Shown piece after piece: positions 32,584 through 44,800 of a stretch of 64,000 bases of DNA. Positions within the stretch are counted from its first letter, which is position 1. Each line of letters begins with the position of its first letter. The stretch covers positions 310,001 to 374,000 of the forward strand of contig JAPMXV010000049.1 of assembly GCA_026936335.1 (NCBI GenBank), read 5' to 3'. Source of the DNA: Mantamonas sphyraenae STR306. Lineage: Eukaryota; Protista; CRuMs. The notes beneath the pieces are model-generated. The model worked only from the letters and a program-made list of their open reading frames with translations, was not told the origin of the DNA and searched no databases. Position numbers and translations under genes: made by a program.

Positions 32584-34339
32584 ATGGAAATGGAGTCTGT
32601 GGAGAAGATGGAGCTCGTGGAAGACGACAACAAGTCGCTGATGGCGGTGGACCGGGCAATCAAACAAGCGGGACTCCAAACTCGTCGTCATGCCCTTTCT
32701 TGCGTCGCGTTGGGTGTACGCAGTGCTTTGCTGCGTGTATCAGATGTTTGTGAGCGGGATTGTGATTGGATGGCCGCAGATGGTGCAGGTGTTGCAGCGA
32801 GAGAACGTGTACGGTTTCTTGTGCGAGTCAGGGTTGTCCGACTGCGTGGAGGCCAAGATCCGCCTGGATGTGGTGTACACTGTGGGCTCGTTTGCTCTGA
32901 CGGCCGGACCCATGCCCATGGGCATTGTGATGGACAAGTACGGGCCGCGTGCGTGCATCACCTTTGCAGCGATTGTGGATTTGCTCGGCTGCCTCTTGTT
33001 TGGCCTTACAGACACCAAGGGTATGTTGCATCTGTGGGCCGCTTGCTCTTGCGGTGTGTGGTGTGGGCACACAAGGGGCGAGGCACAGACGAGAGAGCGT
33101 GTGTTTGGTGCCGACGTGGGAGAGTTGTGAGTGCCCATGCTGACACGGAACTCTTCAGCGGCCGACACGTTGGCTCTGGGCTACGCATTGATGGGCCTGG
33201 GTGGTGCAGGCATCCAAATCGCACTGTTCCACACGTCAAACCTTTTCGAGGGCCACGAGGGTGAGTTGTGCACGTGCAGAGGTGTGGGAGTCGAATTTGG
33301 CGTGAACGCTTGCGTGAACTGACACGAGCACGTGACGACTGGATTCGCTGGATGGGCGTGACACGTGTCAGGTCTTGTGGTCGGTCTGTACAGTGGCGTG
33401 TTTGCAGTGTCGGGCACCATGTTCCTGCTGTTCAACGAACTCAGCATTGCTGATGCCGCGCTGTATTCGCGTCAGCATCTCTTCCTCGCCTACTCCATTG
33501 TGCTCGTTGTCCTCGTCATCATTCCCGTGTACTTGCTCTGGCCCACAAAACCATTTACGAGCTTCACGAGCAGCCATGGTACCGACTCGAAACCGCTGCT
33601 GCGGCCCGAAGTGCAGGACATCACCCAGGACAGCTCGGATGGCGATGTGGATGCTGGCACAGGACCTGGCGACCACGACGCAGAGAACCAGGGTGGGAAG
33701 GCTGTGGTGACTTTGAAGCGATTCTACAAGGCTGATCAGTCGCTGAAGGCGCAGCTACTGAGCACTGAGTTTTCCACCCTGCTGGTGTTCTTTTGCGTCC
33801 AGATGCTGTCCATCAACTTTTATCTGGCTACGCTGAAACTGCAGCTGTCGAACAAGACCAGCAACGCAGACACGGTGCACCAGTACATCAACGTGTTTTC
33901 CGTGGTCGGACCCATCGGCGCGTTGGGCTCGCCTGCAGCAGGATACTCTGTGGACCGGTTCGGTCTGCCTGTTACCCTTGCTGGTGTCATCTTTCTGGCC
34001 GCCTGCTTCATGATCCTCAACATGATTCAGGCCATCGTGATCCAGCCGCTGACCTTTTTCATCTTTGCCGCCAGCCAGACCGGTACCTACGGCGTGTTTT
34101 TCTCCGCCATCACGTACATTTTTGGCTACGAAAACTTTGGCCTGCTTTCGGGCGTATCCAGCTTGCTGGGAGGCTCTGTGGCCTTCCTCAACATCCCCAT
34201 GTTGTCCATTGTGCTGTCCGAGCTCGGTGGCGACTTTTTCTGGATGAACTTCATGCTTTTGTGCATGTTTGTTCTTCTCGGCTACGCACCGTACCGGCTG
34301 TACCAGGCAAGCAAAAAGGCTGCTCTTCTGCACTTGTAG
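32584..34339 (+). CDS. MFS transporter (SLC43/LAT3-like); start at 32584 with a frame break near 32670, or at ATG 32690
   Basis: SGIVIGWP, GIVMDKYGPR, VDRFGL and FGYENFGLLSG motifs, about 12 TM segments. Introns 33021-33158 and 33261-33371. Confidence 0.82.
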
Positions 34340-34581
34340 CAATAGCGTGAAGGTGAGAGAGAGAGAGGCGCGGAGGTGGCCAATTGAACGACAAAGCATC
34401 GTCGCACATTCCTCAAGGCTCCGCCGTCAAAACGCATACACACACTTGTTGTTTGTTGGTATTGACTGCGTACTTTTGAAAGAGCCAGAGATTTTGCACT
34501 AGGAGGCACTCAGAGAGCGAAAGCACCGCAGAACGAACCGGGGCGATTCCCGGAAAGATCCGACCAGCAACTTTCGAGCAA

Positions 34582-35614
34582 ATGTCGTCGTCGTCATCGA
34601 GTGACGACTCCAAGGTGCACTTGGAGCACCAAAGAAGCGAAAATGAGGAGGGCAAGGGCAAGGGCGTACTGGATTTGAGCGTAGGTGAAGAGGAGGCGGC
34701 TGGAAGAACGGCGGCGGCGTCGGCGGATTCCCAGAAAACCAGAGGCTGACCCTGCCACACAGAGCTGGCACGAGCACAGCCACGTGAACGACCTGCCGGA
34801 GGAGATTTTGGCGTTGGTGATGTCGTACCTGCACCCCGTGGACGTGGCAGTGTGTGGCCAGGTGTGCCTTTTCTGGTACCACGTGTCGCGGGACCAGAGT
34901 CTGTGGCAAGACCGTGTGGAGGAGACGTTCAACTCGACGGTGTACCCCATCGCACGGACCATGGTGGAGGAGCAGCTGGAAGAGCTGGTGGAGGAGTCAT
35001 CACGGGACAGCGTGAGCAGCAGCACGAGCAGCGTGGGAAGTGTGAGCGCAGACGAGCTGCAGCGGCTGTGGCTGTCGCAACTGTGTGAGAGCAAGTATGA
35101 CGGGGACTGGATGAATCTGTACATGAACATGCCGCGGCCTCGAACGGGCGGAGTGTATGTGTCACAGCTGAGCTACATGCGACGCGGGTACCAAGAAGGC
35201 AAGCTTGTGCACCCCATGCACGAGGTGGAGTACTGCCGATACTTCCGCTTCTTTGAGAACGGCACCGTGTACATGTTGACCACGTCATGCGTGAGCAAGA
35301 AGGCCTTTGACATGCTCAGCCCACGCCGAGCTCGCCGCAAAGATTCCAAGGTGCGCATCGGCGTATACCGTGTGGCCGCTGACAAGCGCCAGGTCTTTCT
35401 CAAGTTTGACAGCGAGCGCATGCGCCTCACCGATCTCATCACCTTTGACATCCACGATGCCAAGAAGCGGCGCCTGGTGAACGGCAAGCTCGGATGGCAC
35501 GCTCACTCCCAGGAGAACACACGCACCTGGGAGCGTACATCCCTCGACATGTCTCACCTGGGCTTTGGCAAATCCAAGTACGTTCGGTTCTACCCTGTGG
35601 AAGGGTTCAGGTGA
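34582..35614 (+). CDS. FBXO9: F-box protein, FBXO9/Hrt3-like (frame break at ~34737)
   Basis: F-box DLPEEILALVMSYL..QVCLFW..LWQ, and PRPRTGGVYVSQLSYMRRG..HEVEYCRYFRFFENGTVYMLTT characteristic of FBXO9. Confidence 0.82.
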
Positions 35615-35761
35615 CCCAGCTGTGGGATTGTGGGGCGTCCCGTTGGCTGCAGTGAATTGTCCCCTCCATCCCAGTGTCCACTGCACACATGCACCCTTTC
35701 GATTCCACGGTCTTGTTTTGGTGCTCAGTTCCCACCGCGCGTGCACGCACATCCCAAAACC

Positions 35762-37465
35762 ATGGCCGCCACGCACGTCGAGCAAAACTGGGACAAGCTG
35801 CAGCCTGCCATCCTGGCTGAGCTGCAGCGGTACAGTGCGGGCGACGAGGAGTTGGAGTACCTCAAAGATCTGCTTGTCAACGGTCAAACCAAGGATGAGG
35901 TGTCGGAGAACCTGGAGCTGCTCTTTAGCGCCGCCGAAGACGTGGCTCCCTTTGTCGACTGGCTGTGGCAGCTGCTGGAGCAGGACAAGGCCAGTGCACA
36001 AGCCTCCTCCGTGTCTTCTTCGTCGTCATTGCCACAGGACAGTGCTCTGCGAGACCGCGACGATCTTTTGGGTGAGTCCACCGAGCGGCGTAGGAAGGAG
36101 CACGCGCGCTCACATTCCACAGCATGTGCCGTGCCGCTGCGTACACGCTCACACGCCGTTGACCACGTGTGCACACCAATCTATGATGCAACCGTTGTCC
36201 ACAACACGCGCCATCACACTCACAGAGGCCGGTGGCGACGGCAGCGATACAGAGGAGAACCAGGAGGCGGAAGACGACGACGCGCCGCAGCAACGCACGC
36301 GCAAGCCAAACACGGAGTATCTGAGCGCGCTGGTCGAACGTGTAGAAAAGAGCAATGGCAACAAACGGGAACGTGCGGAGGTGGAGAGGCCCGTGGAGCA
36401 GGATGACAGCCAGCTGGCCGATCCGGAAGATGGCTTCTCCGTCCTGGCCAGCATCAAGCGAAGACGCAAAGTCGACGCGAAGGACAACGACGAAGACAAC
36501 GACGAGGCAGGCAGCAGCGCAGGAAGCAGCCAACACAAAGACAACGAGTCAAGGGATGATGGTAAGGAGGAGGAAGAGCAGAGCAGCTCATCCAAGCCCA
36601 TCCGGCGCGTGGTGCGCAGGGTGATCAAGCGCAAAACGCTCGCCACGCACAACGACGCAGGCGATGGTGACGACGACGACGACGACGGGGAACACAGCGG
36701 ACACACACACAACCACGATCAGAAGCGTTCACGTGCAGAGACCGTGCGGGACCAGATCGCAGCCGCAAGTACAGCGCAGAACGGAGCAGCAGCGGGAGCG
36801 GTGGGCACGATGCAGACGACAGCCTTCCGTTTACCGGTTCACCTGACAAGGGAAAGGCAGCGTGTCGGTATGGTGCCAGCTGCCGCAACCTCAAGAGCGG
36901 CTGCCCGTACCAGCATCCTGTGGCGCCGTGTAGGTTCGGGCTGAACTGCAGCAAGGGTGACCAGTGCACGTTCAACCACAACCCGCCGTGTCGCCACGGT
37001 ATGAGTTGCCACAGACCTCTGTGTTCGTTTGCCCACTTTCCTGGAGGGGCACCCAAGCACGTCCCGGCTGCCAGGCCCAAGAGTGGCAGCGGAGGAAGCG
37101 GTGGCAGCATCAAGGCCAGTTGGGTCAAGGGTGTTGATCCGCTGGACGACCCCCACGCCGTCACTGCCGACACAAAACCCTTGCCCAAGGAAAAGCGTCC
37201 CAGTATGGGTGCACTCGAGTCCCATGTGGTGTGCAACTTTGACGCCGCTTGCACCAATCCCAACTGCAAGTTCAAACACCCGTCGCGCAAGGCTTCCTCC
37301 TCCTCTTCCTCTCGTCGACCCCTGCCTCTTAGCGTCCCGGGCGCTGCTTCAAAGAGATGGTCGCGCCCCGACGACCCAATGGAGTCCACCGCGTCCACAT
37401 CAAGCACAACCACATCAGCACAAGCACAGGACGACCAAGACGAGACCAACAGCGACAACGAATGA
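35762..37465 (+). CDS. PWI-like domain plus tandem CCCH zinc-finger protein (Nab2/ZC3H14-like; frame break at ~36785)
   Basis: N-terminal DEELEYLKDLLVNGQTKDEVSENLELL..FVDWLW. Intron 36072-36225. Fingers CRYGASCRNLKSGCPYQH, CRFGLNC..CTFNH, CRHGMSCHRPLCSFAH and CNFDAACTNPNCKFKH. Confidence 0.72.
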
Positions 37466-37510
37466 AGCAATCTTCTCTTCCTTTCCCCCCTCTTCCCTTA
37501 AAACCCGTTC

Positions 37511-38843
37511 TTAGCCGACTCTCTGTCGTTTGTGGTCCGGTTGGCTCCCTTGTTGCTGTTGTTGCTGTTGTTGCTGTTGTTGCTGAGGTCGCACACGTTT
37601 CTTGTACCCCTCGGACAAGCCATGAAACATGTTGACCATGGGCAAGGGCTGCTGGCGAAAGTAGTCATGCTCCAGGGCCTGTGCAGCGGTGATGCGCTGG
37701 TTTGGGTCGTAGGCCAGCATTTTGCTCACCAAATCCATCGCGAGCGGGTTGTGGCCAAGGTGACCCATCCGTTGGTGCAGCGAGTGCTGCTCGTGCCTGC
37801 CCAGACTCGCCTTGAGATTCATCGACATGCGCTTGTAGTACGGGTATTGTTCCACGTCAGGCCACTCTCTGCTTGTGGGGAAGCCAAGCACAGAAACAAT
37901 GGCTGCCAGTTGATCAGCTTGAAACTTCTCCGTCTTGTTCTCCTCGCCCCGGAACAGTGCCATCAGCATACACATCTCGGCAAAGATACACCCCACTGCC
38001 CACATATCTACAGCAGTCGTATAGTGCTTCGCCCCCAGCAGTAGCTCGGGCGCGCGGTACCAGATGGTGACCACAACGCCGTCGTGGTTCAGGCCACGCG
38101 ACGGTGACTGGAAGATTCGCGCCAAACCAAAGTCTGCAATCTTCATCTGACCGTACTCGGGGCCCTCCCCCATAATAATCAAATTCGACGGCTTCAGGTC
38201 CCGGTGCAAGATCCAATTCGAGTGCAGGTACTTCAGGCCGTTCAGCAGCTGCCATAGGGCACTTTTGATCAGCGATTCGGGCATCCACGCCTTGCGTTCA
38301 CGGTGTTCTGTGATCAAACGCATCAGCTCGTACTCTGCATAGTCGTACACCAGGTGCAGCGCCCCGCTTTCCGGCGCCAGGTACACATCTCGCAACCGCA
38401 CAATGTTTTCGTGGTGCAGCTCTCGTAGCAGCTGCACGATAGAAGCCCCATGCACAGACAACACGCATGCATGCACGTAGAGTCCCTCGTCTCTGTGTCA
38501 GTCTGCAATCCCGGAGTCTTGGCGCTCCACACACCCTCCGGGTGGACACACTCACCGCAATCTCCCGAATGCTCGTTGTGTGCACCCCTTCGTGTGCGCT
38601 TGACATGCTTGCCGATTTGTACGATTTGATGGCTACCCGCATGTCCTGTTCGTCATCCACCTCCTGTGTGCTGCTTGAGCTGCTGCTTGAGCTGCTGCTG
38701 GAGCTGCTCCGACTGCCGCCACCCGCGGCGCTCTTTACCTCGCCCACGTACACCAGGCCGTAAGTACCTTCCCCAATCTTGGTTTGAAGCTCGTATGTGT
38801 CTTCCACCACTTCTCGCTTGCGCTTCACACCGCCTGCTCGCAT
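37511..38843 (-). CDS. CDK8: Cyclin-dependent kinase 8 (Mediator kinase)-like
   Basis: IGEGTYGLVY, TSIREIA|LLREL, DYAEYEL, HSNWILHRDLKPSN, GEGPE.G..KIADFGLARIFQSP and DGVVVTIWYRAPELLLGAKHYT motifs; polyQ tail. Intron 38432-38555. Confidence 0.9.
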
Positions 38844-38877
38844 GCCCTGCCAATTAAACCACTTTCTTCTGGCGACG
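38844..38877. promoter_or_regulatory. 34-nt spacer between the divergent start codons of CDK8 and the giant gene; putative bidirectional promoter core
   Basis: Position between head-to-head ATGs; contains an AT-rich CAATTAAA patch. Confidence 0.45.
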
Positions 38878-41800
38878 ATGGGGAGACGACAACTGCTTCT
38901 GCTCGTTCTCCTGCTTGCGCTCACCGCGTCTCTGATGAAATCAACCAACGCTCAGCGTACGTTGTCCTCGCCACCGTTCGCTGCCTGTACCCCTTTCCCG
39001 CTGCTTGTTTCCCGTTGTCCATTCTCGCCCGCTCTTTCTGGAATCGCCTAGTTTGGTGACATTCGCCGCTCACCACAAAACTCGCGACACCATTCCTTCT
39101 TCACTACAGAATGCACTCCCCAGTCTCGCATGACAAACGAGGAATACATGCACTGCATGTTTGACATCGTTTCCACCGACTCGACTGATTGCTGGACCAT
39201 CACTGGCGGTCATACAACCGTCCAGCGCCAGAACCAGTTCGGCACACCCCAAAACGGCGGCCTTTTCCTCAATCCTCAGAGCCCCAACGACTACTTCGAG
39301 TCCACAAACTCCTTCAACTTTCAAGGAAGTAGTACCTCCAGAGCCACATTTGAACTTGTGGCCCAGCCTCTCACTCTCAACACAAACGGGCAGCTGCAGA
39401 TCATTGCTGGCCTCAATCCCACCTCTACGTCCGAGGGTGGTACGTTTTCCTGACGCGTGTCCTTTCCTTCACGTACGATTCGGTGTTGCCCCTCACCATG
39501 CCCCACTAACATCATTGTTTACCTCGCCGTTGCCCGCTCGTCCCTCAAACACACTTTTCTTCGTGAACCCCTTTCGCGCCTCCACTTTGCAAACCCACCC
39601 AGATTGTCGTGACCACACAGCCAGGGGCATGTTTTTCATGCAGGTACTGTTCCAAAGTCTCTATGAAGCCATCTCCCACCCAATTTGCCGTTCCGAACCT
39701 ACCCCTTTGTCCGCATACGGTGAGCGCCTGTGGATTTCGCTGACTCGCAAACGCCTCTGCCCCTCTCCGACACGTGCGTCCACAGCTCGACACAGATCTC
39801 GTGGTCTACTTGCGTGCAGACGATGCCACACAATCTTTCAGCTGTGGCAGATGCGAATCTCCCGCTCAAACGTTCAATGACCCCAAGTGCAACTCCATGC
39901 GCTTCCCAAACGTCTTTACCTCGACCTCCAGCCCTACGTACATCTCTCTCTTGGTCTACAACAGGGTCATTCGCCTTAGGATCAACATGGGCACCTCGGA
40001 CGCATTCGAAATCGTTAAGGACACCGCAAAGGATCGTTTCTACTTCGACGTGTTCAGGATCGTCTTCTTTGGTGTCGGCCGCAGCCAGCTCCAGTGGGCT
40101 GGTACAATCTACCATTACTCCATGAACGTCAAGGAAGAACCCTTTGAAAGTCACGCGCAGCAGATGGCCGAGATCTTTCGCCGCAAGTTTGCGAGGTTCA
40201 CCGCCCCAGCTCTCCCGACCGGCATCACTGGCATACATCTCCCCCGTATGTTGGCCCTTTGATGTTGACGCGTTCTGCCATGCTTGGCCGTGGTCATGTA
40301 CTCACACCCACACACCTTTCCCCCCTTCTGGGTTCAGTCGATACCAGCACCCGCTTCCCCGTGCCCCTCATCGCACCAGACCAGACAGCGGACATTTTGG
40401 GCGTCACCCCCTTCAAGGGCCTGAAAGTCATCACCAACCTCAACAACTATCCCATCAAGATGACCGTCGGCGCAAATCAAAACGCAGGAGCCGGTGGCTG
40501 CACAACGGAGACCGGTGACCCAAGCACACAAGTCCGAATCGGCTCCATCACCACGACCAACTATGGCACCATTCCCCTTAATTATTATCCCACAGCCTCT
40601 TCCGACGCCTACATTCCCTCATGGGCCAAGACCTTTGCAATTCATGCACTGCCAACCACGATTCTCGACAGTACGTGCCCCCAGCCCAGGCCCTACCTCT
40701 CTGCAGCTCCCGTATCTCACACTTGTCCCTAATCGCGTACACAGTTGCTACAAACTCACAGTTTGAGCATGTCAACGCAACGGCAGACGGCCGATCTTTG
40801 AACACCGAAGGCAACGCGGTCGCCATGGTCGATGTGTTCCTCCGCAGGAACAACGGCTCGGACTATGTTTCAGATACCATGGTTGTCGTACAACTGCGCT
40901 TTTCCCAGAACAATCTGATCTTCTATGCCACTCCAATGGGAGGGAATCATTATCGGGTGTACGTCGGCGGCACTACCTTTCTGCCGCCGTTCACTGGCCT
41001 CCGCTTCTTTGTTCCCGAGGTATTCGTACAAGCTCCAGCACAGGTTCAGACGCTGGCCTCGGTTGTATCCGCCGGCAGGTACTTGTTGATGAACATGTGT
41101 CCCGGCTCGCAAGGACCTACCGCACAGCAGGAGGTGCCAACCGCCTGGTTCCACTCCAACAACGTCTCTGTCTCCAACAACATCTCCTATGTACTCACCA
41201 AGGCCACCGGAGGCGTGGCTGCTCTTCTCATTGACTCTGTGCCTCAGTACGGCCAGGTCTATGTGGAGTACGACGGTGAGCAGACGCACGTCGACCGCAC
41301 TCTCGGCGGACGGTGCATGTTCCAGATGATCAACAACTTCAATGCAGGCAACCCTGTCCTCATCTACGTGCCACCCACAGCCGAGGATCTGCCGTCGCCC
41401 ACGTTCCTGGCCCAGGTCAAGTACAACTTTTATGGTGCTCACCGAAGCCGCACAGAAGATCCTGTGCTTGTGCTGAACGGCACCATTGACTACACCCCGT
41501 ACTTGATGTCTGGCCGCACATCCACCGTGGTTCTTCCGTCAAACACAACCGTGGCGACACAGGTTTATTTGGACGTGATTGCACGTACAGCCACGGGCGC
41601 CCTTATTCACTTGCACACGACACCTACACCCACCATTGTGTGTCGACTCCCCGAACTTGAGCTTACAGTCAACGCAACCCTTGTCCAACCGGATGTGCAC
41701 CACCTTTGGCGCTGCAACTTTGGCACGGTCACCTCTGAGGGTAGCTACGTCGTCACAGTGGCCATTGCGGGCTACGAAGCCCTCTTTCAGTCCCCCTCTG

Positions 41801-44800
41801 TGCTCATTGTGCGAAACAGCACCTCAAGCAGCGCTGCATCCGTCAACTACGATGCCAACATCCCTGCACGTCACCTTTACTACCCGATCACGGAATCCTC
41901 GGGCACAGTCATTGCGCAGGAGGGCAAAACGCCTACGCACTCCAGCTCAATGTCCTTTTTCACGAACAACGGAGGGGCTGGCGCCAGCTTTGTCGACGGT
42001 GGCGTCAAAGTGGACGATTTTGGTTCGCACATCTTTTCCAATGGCAACCTGGCCGTCTCCTGGCCTGCTCCCATCAAGCGATTAACACTCGAGGCCACTT
42101 TCAAGGTATCATCAACCAATGGCGCTGGCAACACCAACATCTATTCCATGGTGTTTTCTGGGTACGACCGGGGAAGCGGGACAGGCGTCAGCGCACGTTC
42201 GTTCTTCCTCATGGTTTCTCCGGGCAACGTCAAACTCCGAGTTCGTGTGCCTTCCTGCAATGACCAGGAGGCAACACCGGCCAACTGCCAGATTGTCGAC
42301 TTTGGTTCGGTGCCCTCGATTCAGGTGGACGTCTTTACGCATGTCCTCGTCGATTTCGACATCACCAACGCCGTCAAGAGTGCGCGGCTGTTTGTTAATG
42401 GCCTGCTGGAGAAGAGCGTAGCGTTGAGCACGCCTGATGGACAGGATCTCGAACTCGCCACCTCAAGCGTGTCTCTCGCTGGCGCTTGGCTCACAGACAC
42501 CTTTGACTTTATCGGCACCGTGTACCGTGCTGGAGCTTGGCACACTGTAATTCTATCTGAGGCCCAGGCTTTTGCCACAAGCGCTTCTGTTGCGTACGCC
42601 AAATCCTTTGTGCCTCCGCCGCCTGCCACTGTCTTTGTTCCCACCGGCACTTCCATCTGGCTCAATACGACTGCCACCGATCGGCTTGGATTACCCTTTT
42701 CCGGAATTCTGTTGGAATCCATCAGCCCGCCGCTGAGTATGGCCACTGAGAACAACCACGTTGTGCAATTCCCGGAGTACCTGCCAGGAGAGCTGCGTGT
42801 CCGCCACGCAGTGGACGTCACCCCTTCCTTTGTCTCCTCGTACGTGCTAAAGTACCGTCTCTTCAACGGACGTGCGCTGTCGCCCTTGTACAGCATGAAC
42901 GTGCGCTTCACGGATCCTGCGCGTGCGTTTGACCCGCAGCGCAGCTCCGTCAACGTCCCAAACACCGCCGTGTACACCTCTCCCTTCAACGTGTCCATCC
43001 ATGGCCAAGATTCACAGGGTCGCGATCTCCAAGTGGTGTACACCTCTCAGCTGACTGTGCAGTGCCGATTGACACACGTGGATACGCGTCCTGTGGTGAC
43101 CGCTTTGCGTGTCGCCGAAACCAACTTCACCTGTGTCATCCCCGTTGTCTTTGCCACAGCAGATATCCTGTCCATTGATATTCTCGTCGACGGGCAGCCG
43201 ACCCCTCGTTCACCGTACCTTGTCAACCTGCCGGCTGCCGCCGGCCAGTGTCCGCCGATGCCATACACCAACGGACCTAGCCTTACGCAAGCTCAGCGCT
43301 TCTACAATCTGGATACAGCCGTTACCGCTGGATCCACAATCAATTCACTGGTGGGAGGCCTGTTTGTGACAGCCCCGTCCGCTACCGTGCCATTCCGGGG
43401 CTCGGCGTACTTTGCTGGGGCACCCACGGGCATCACCCAATCCGAGTACCGTGGAGCAACCAATCTGGCCAAACAAAATGTGGCCGACCTCATCCTCGAG
43501 GCTGTGCCCATGATTTTGTTCAACGGCAGTGATGTGGACAACCACCAAAACATTCTCCAACTTGCCCCTACAACGGGCACCGGCTGCATCCCCAAAGCCA
43601 CCGACATGATCCGTGATCGTTCGAACAACGACGAGCTTTTCCTGCGTTTCCACCGCACAGCTTGCACCGATATCTGTGGTACGGGCAACCCCGCGGCCAA
43701 CTGCGCGTCGTTCCGATTCCCAGGGGTGCTTCGTTCCGATCGGCCCGTGCATCTTCGAGTGCAGTTGCACATCGGAGGCCAGGTAGCAGACCACGATTAT
43801 CAAACGTTGACTTTGTACGTCGACGGTACTCTGCACGCTCGCGTTGCTATTGGCGGAGGCTCCAACGTAGCGGAGTTGGACGGTCTTCTGCGTATCGCAG
43901 GCTCGCGGACGACTGGCGACATTTTCGGGGGCCTCGTGTCACGCGTTGCTGTGTTTCCGCACCGACGCGATCTGGAGCTGGCCCACTGGACGGCATTCCG
44001 CCAGTTCATGTACCACAAGTTGACTGTGCACCCGCACGTCCCTCCCATGTCCCACACCTACTTTGAATCCTCCTTTGTGGCACAGTGCGACGCGCTGCCA
44101 TGCTCCATTCCGGTGACGTTCCACAAGTTGCCAACGGATATCCAAGGCTTTCCTTGGACGCATCTGCGTGTGGAGATTCCTTCCGCTCCCGCGACCCTGC
44201 AGCTGCTCCAGAACGGCAGCCCTGTCGATCAGAACTGCCGCCTCGTTTCGCTTAATGACTCGAGTCTCCATGCATTGCTTGGCTCTGCAGCTGTGTCCAC
44301 GGTGCCCAACACACTGCGCTTGCGGTACATGAGCGCCTCTGCTGCGCTGACGCCCACTTTTGATGTTACCGTCACACTGAGTGCACCCAATCGCCACTTG
44401 AGCCTGGCCCATTCGACATTGTCATTGTCATCGCCACTGGGTGTGTATGGAGCCCCACCAGCCACGACCGTTGTGGTGTACCTGGACGCCCGAGATGTCC
44501 TCGGGCGCACCTTGACCTCGATGGCACCAACAATCACCTCTTTGCAATGTGTGGTGTCCACACAGGGTGGACAACGCGAGGTTGCCGTTGTCAACGCCGC
44601 TCGCATTTCCGACTCACGCTACAGCTGCTCCTTCGGTACGCTGAGTCAGCGTGCGTACTCTGTTCGTCTGCGTAACGGTACGGTGTATGCTCCCCAGACA
44701 CTGAGCTTCAGCGTAGAAAAGGCATCTGGAGCATGCTTTGGATCGCCCTATTTGACACGAGAGTCTCAGGAAGAGAGAGTGTTCTACCCGATCGACGATC

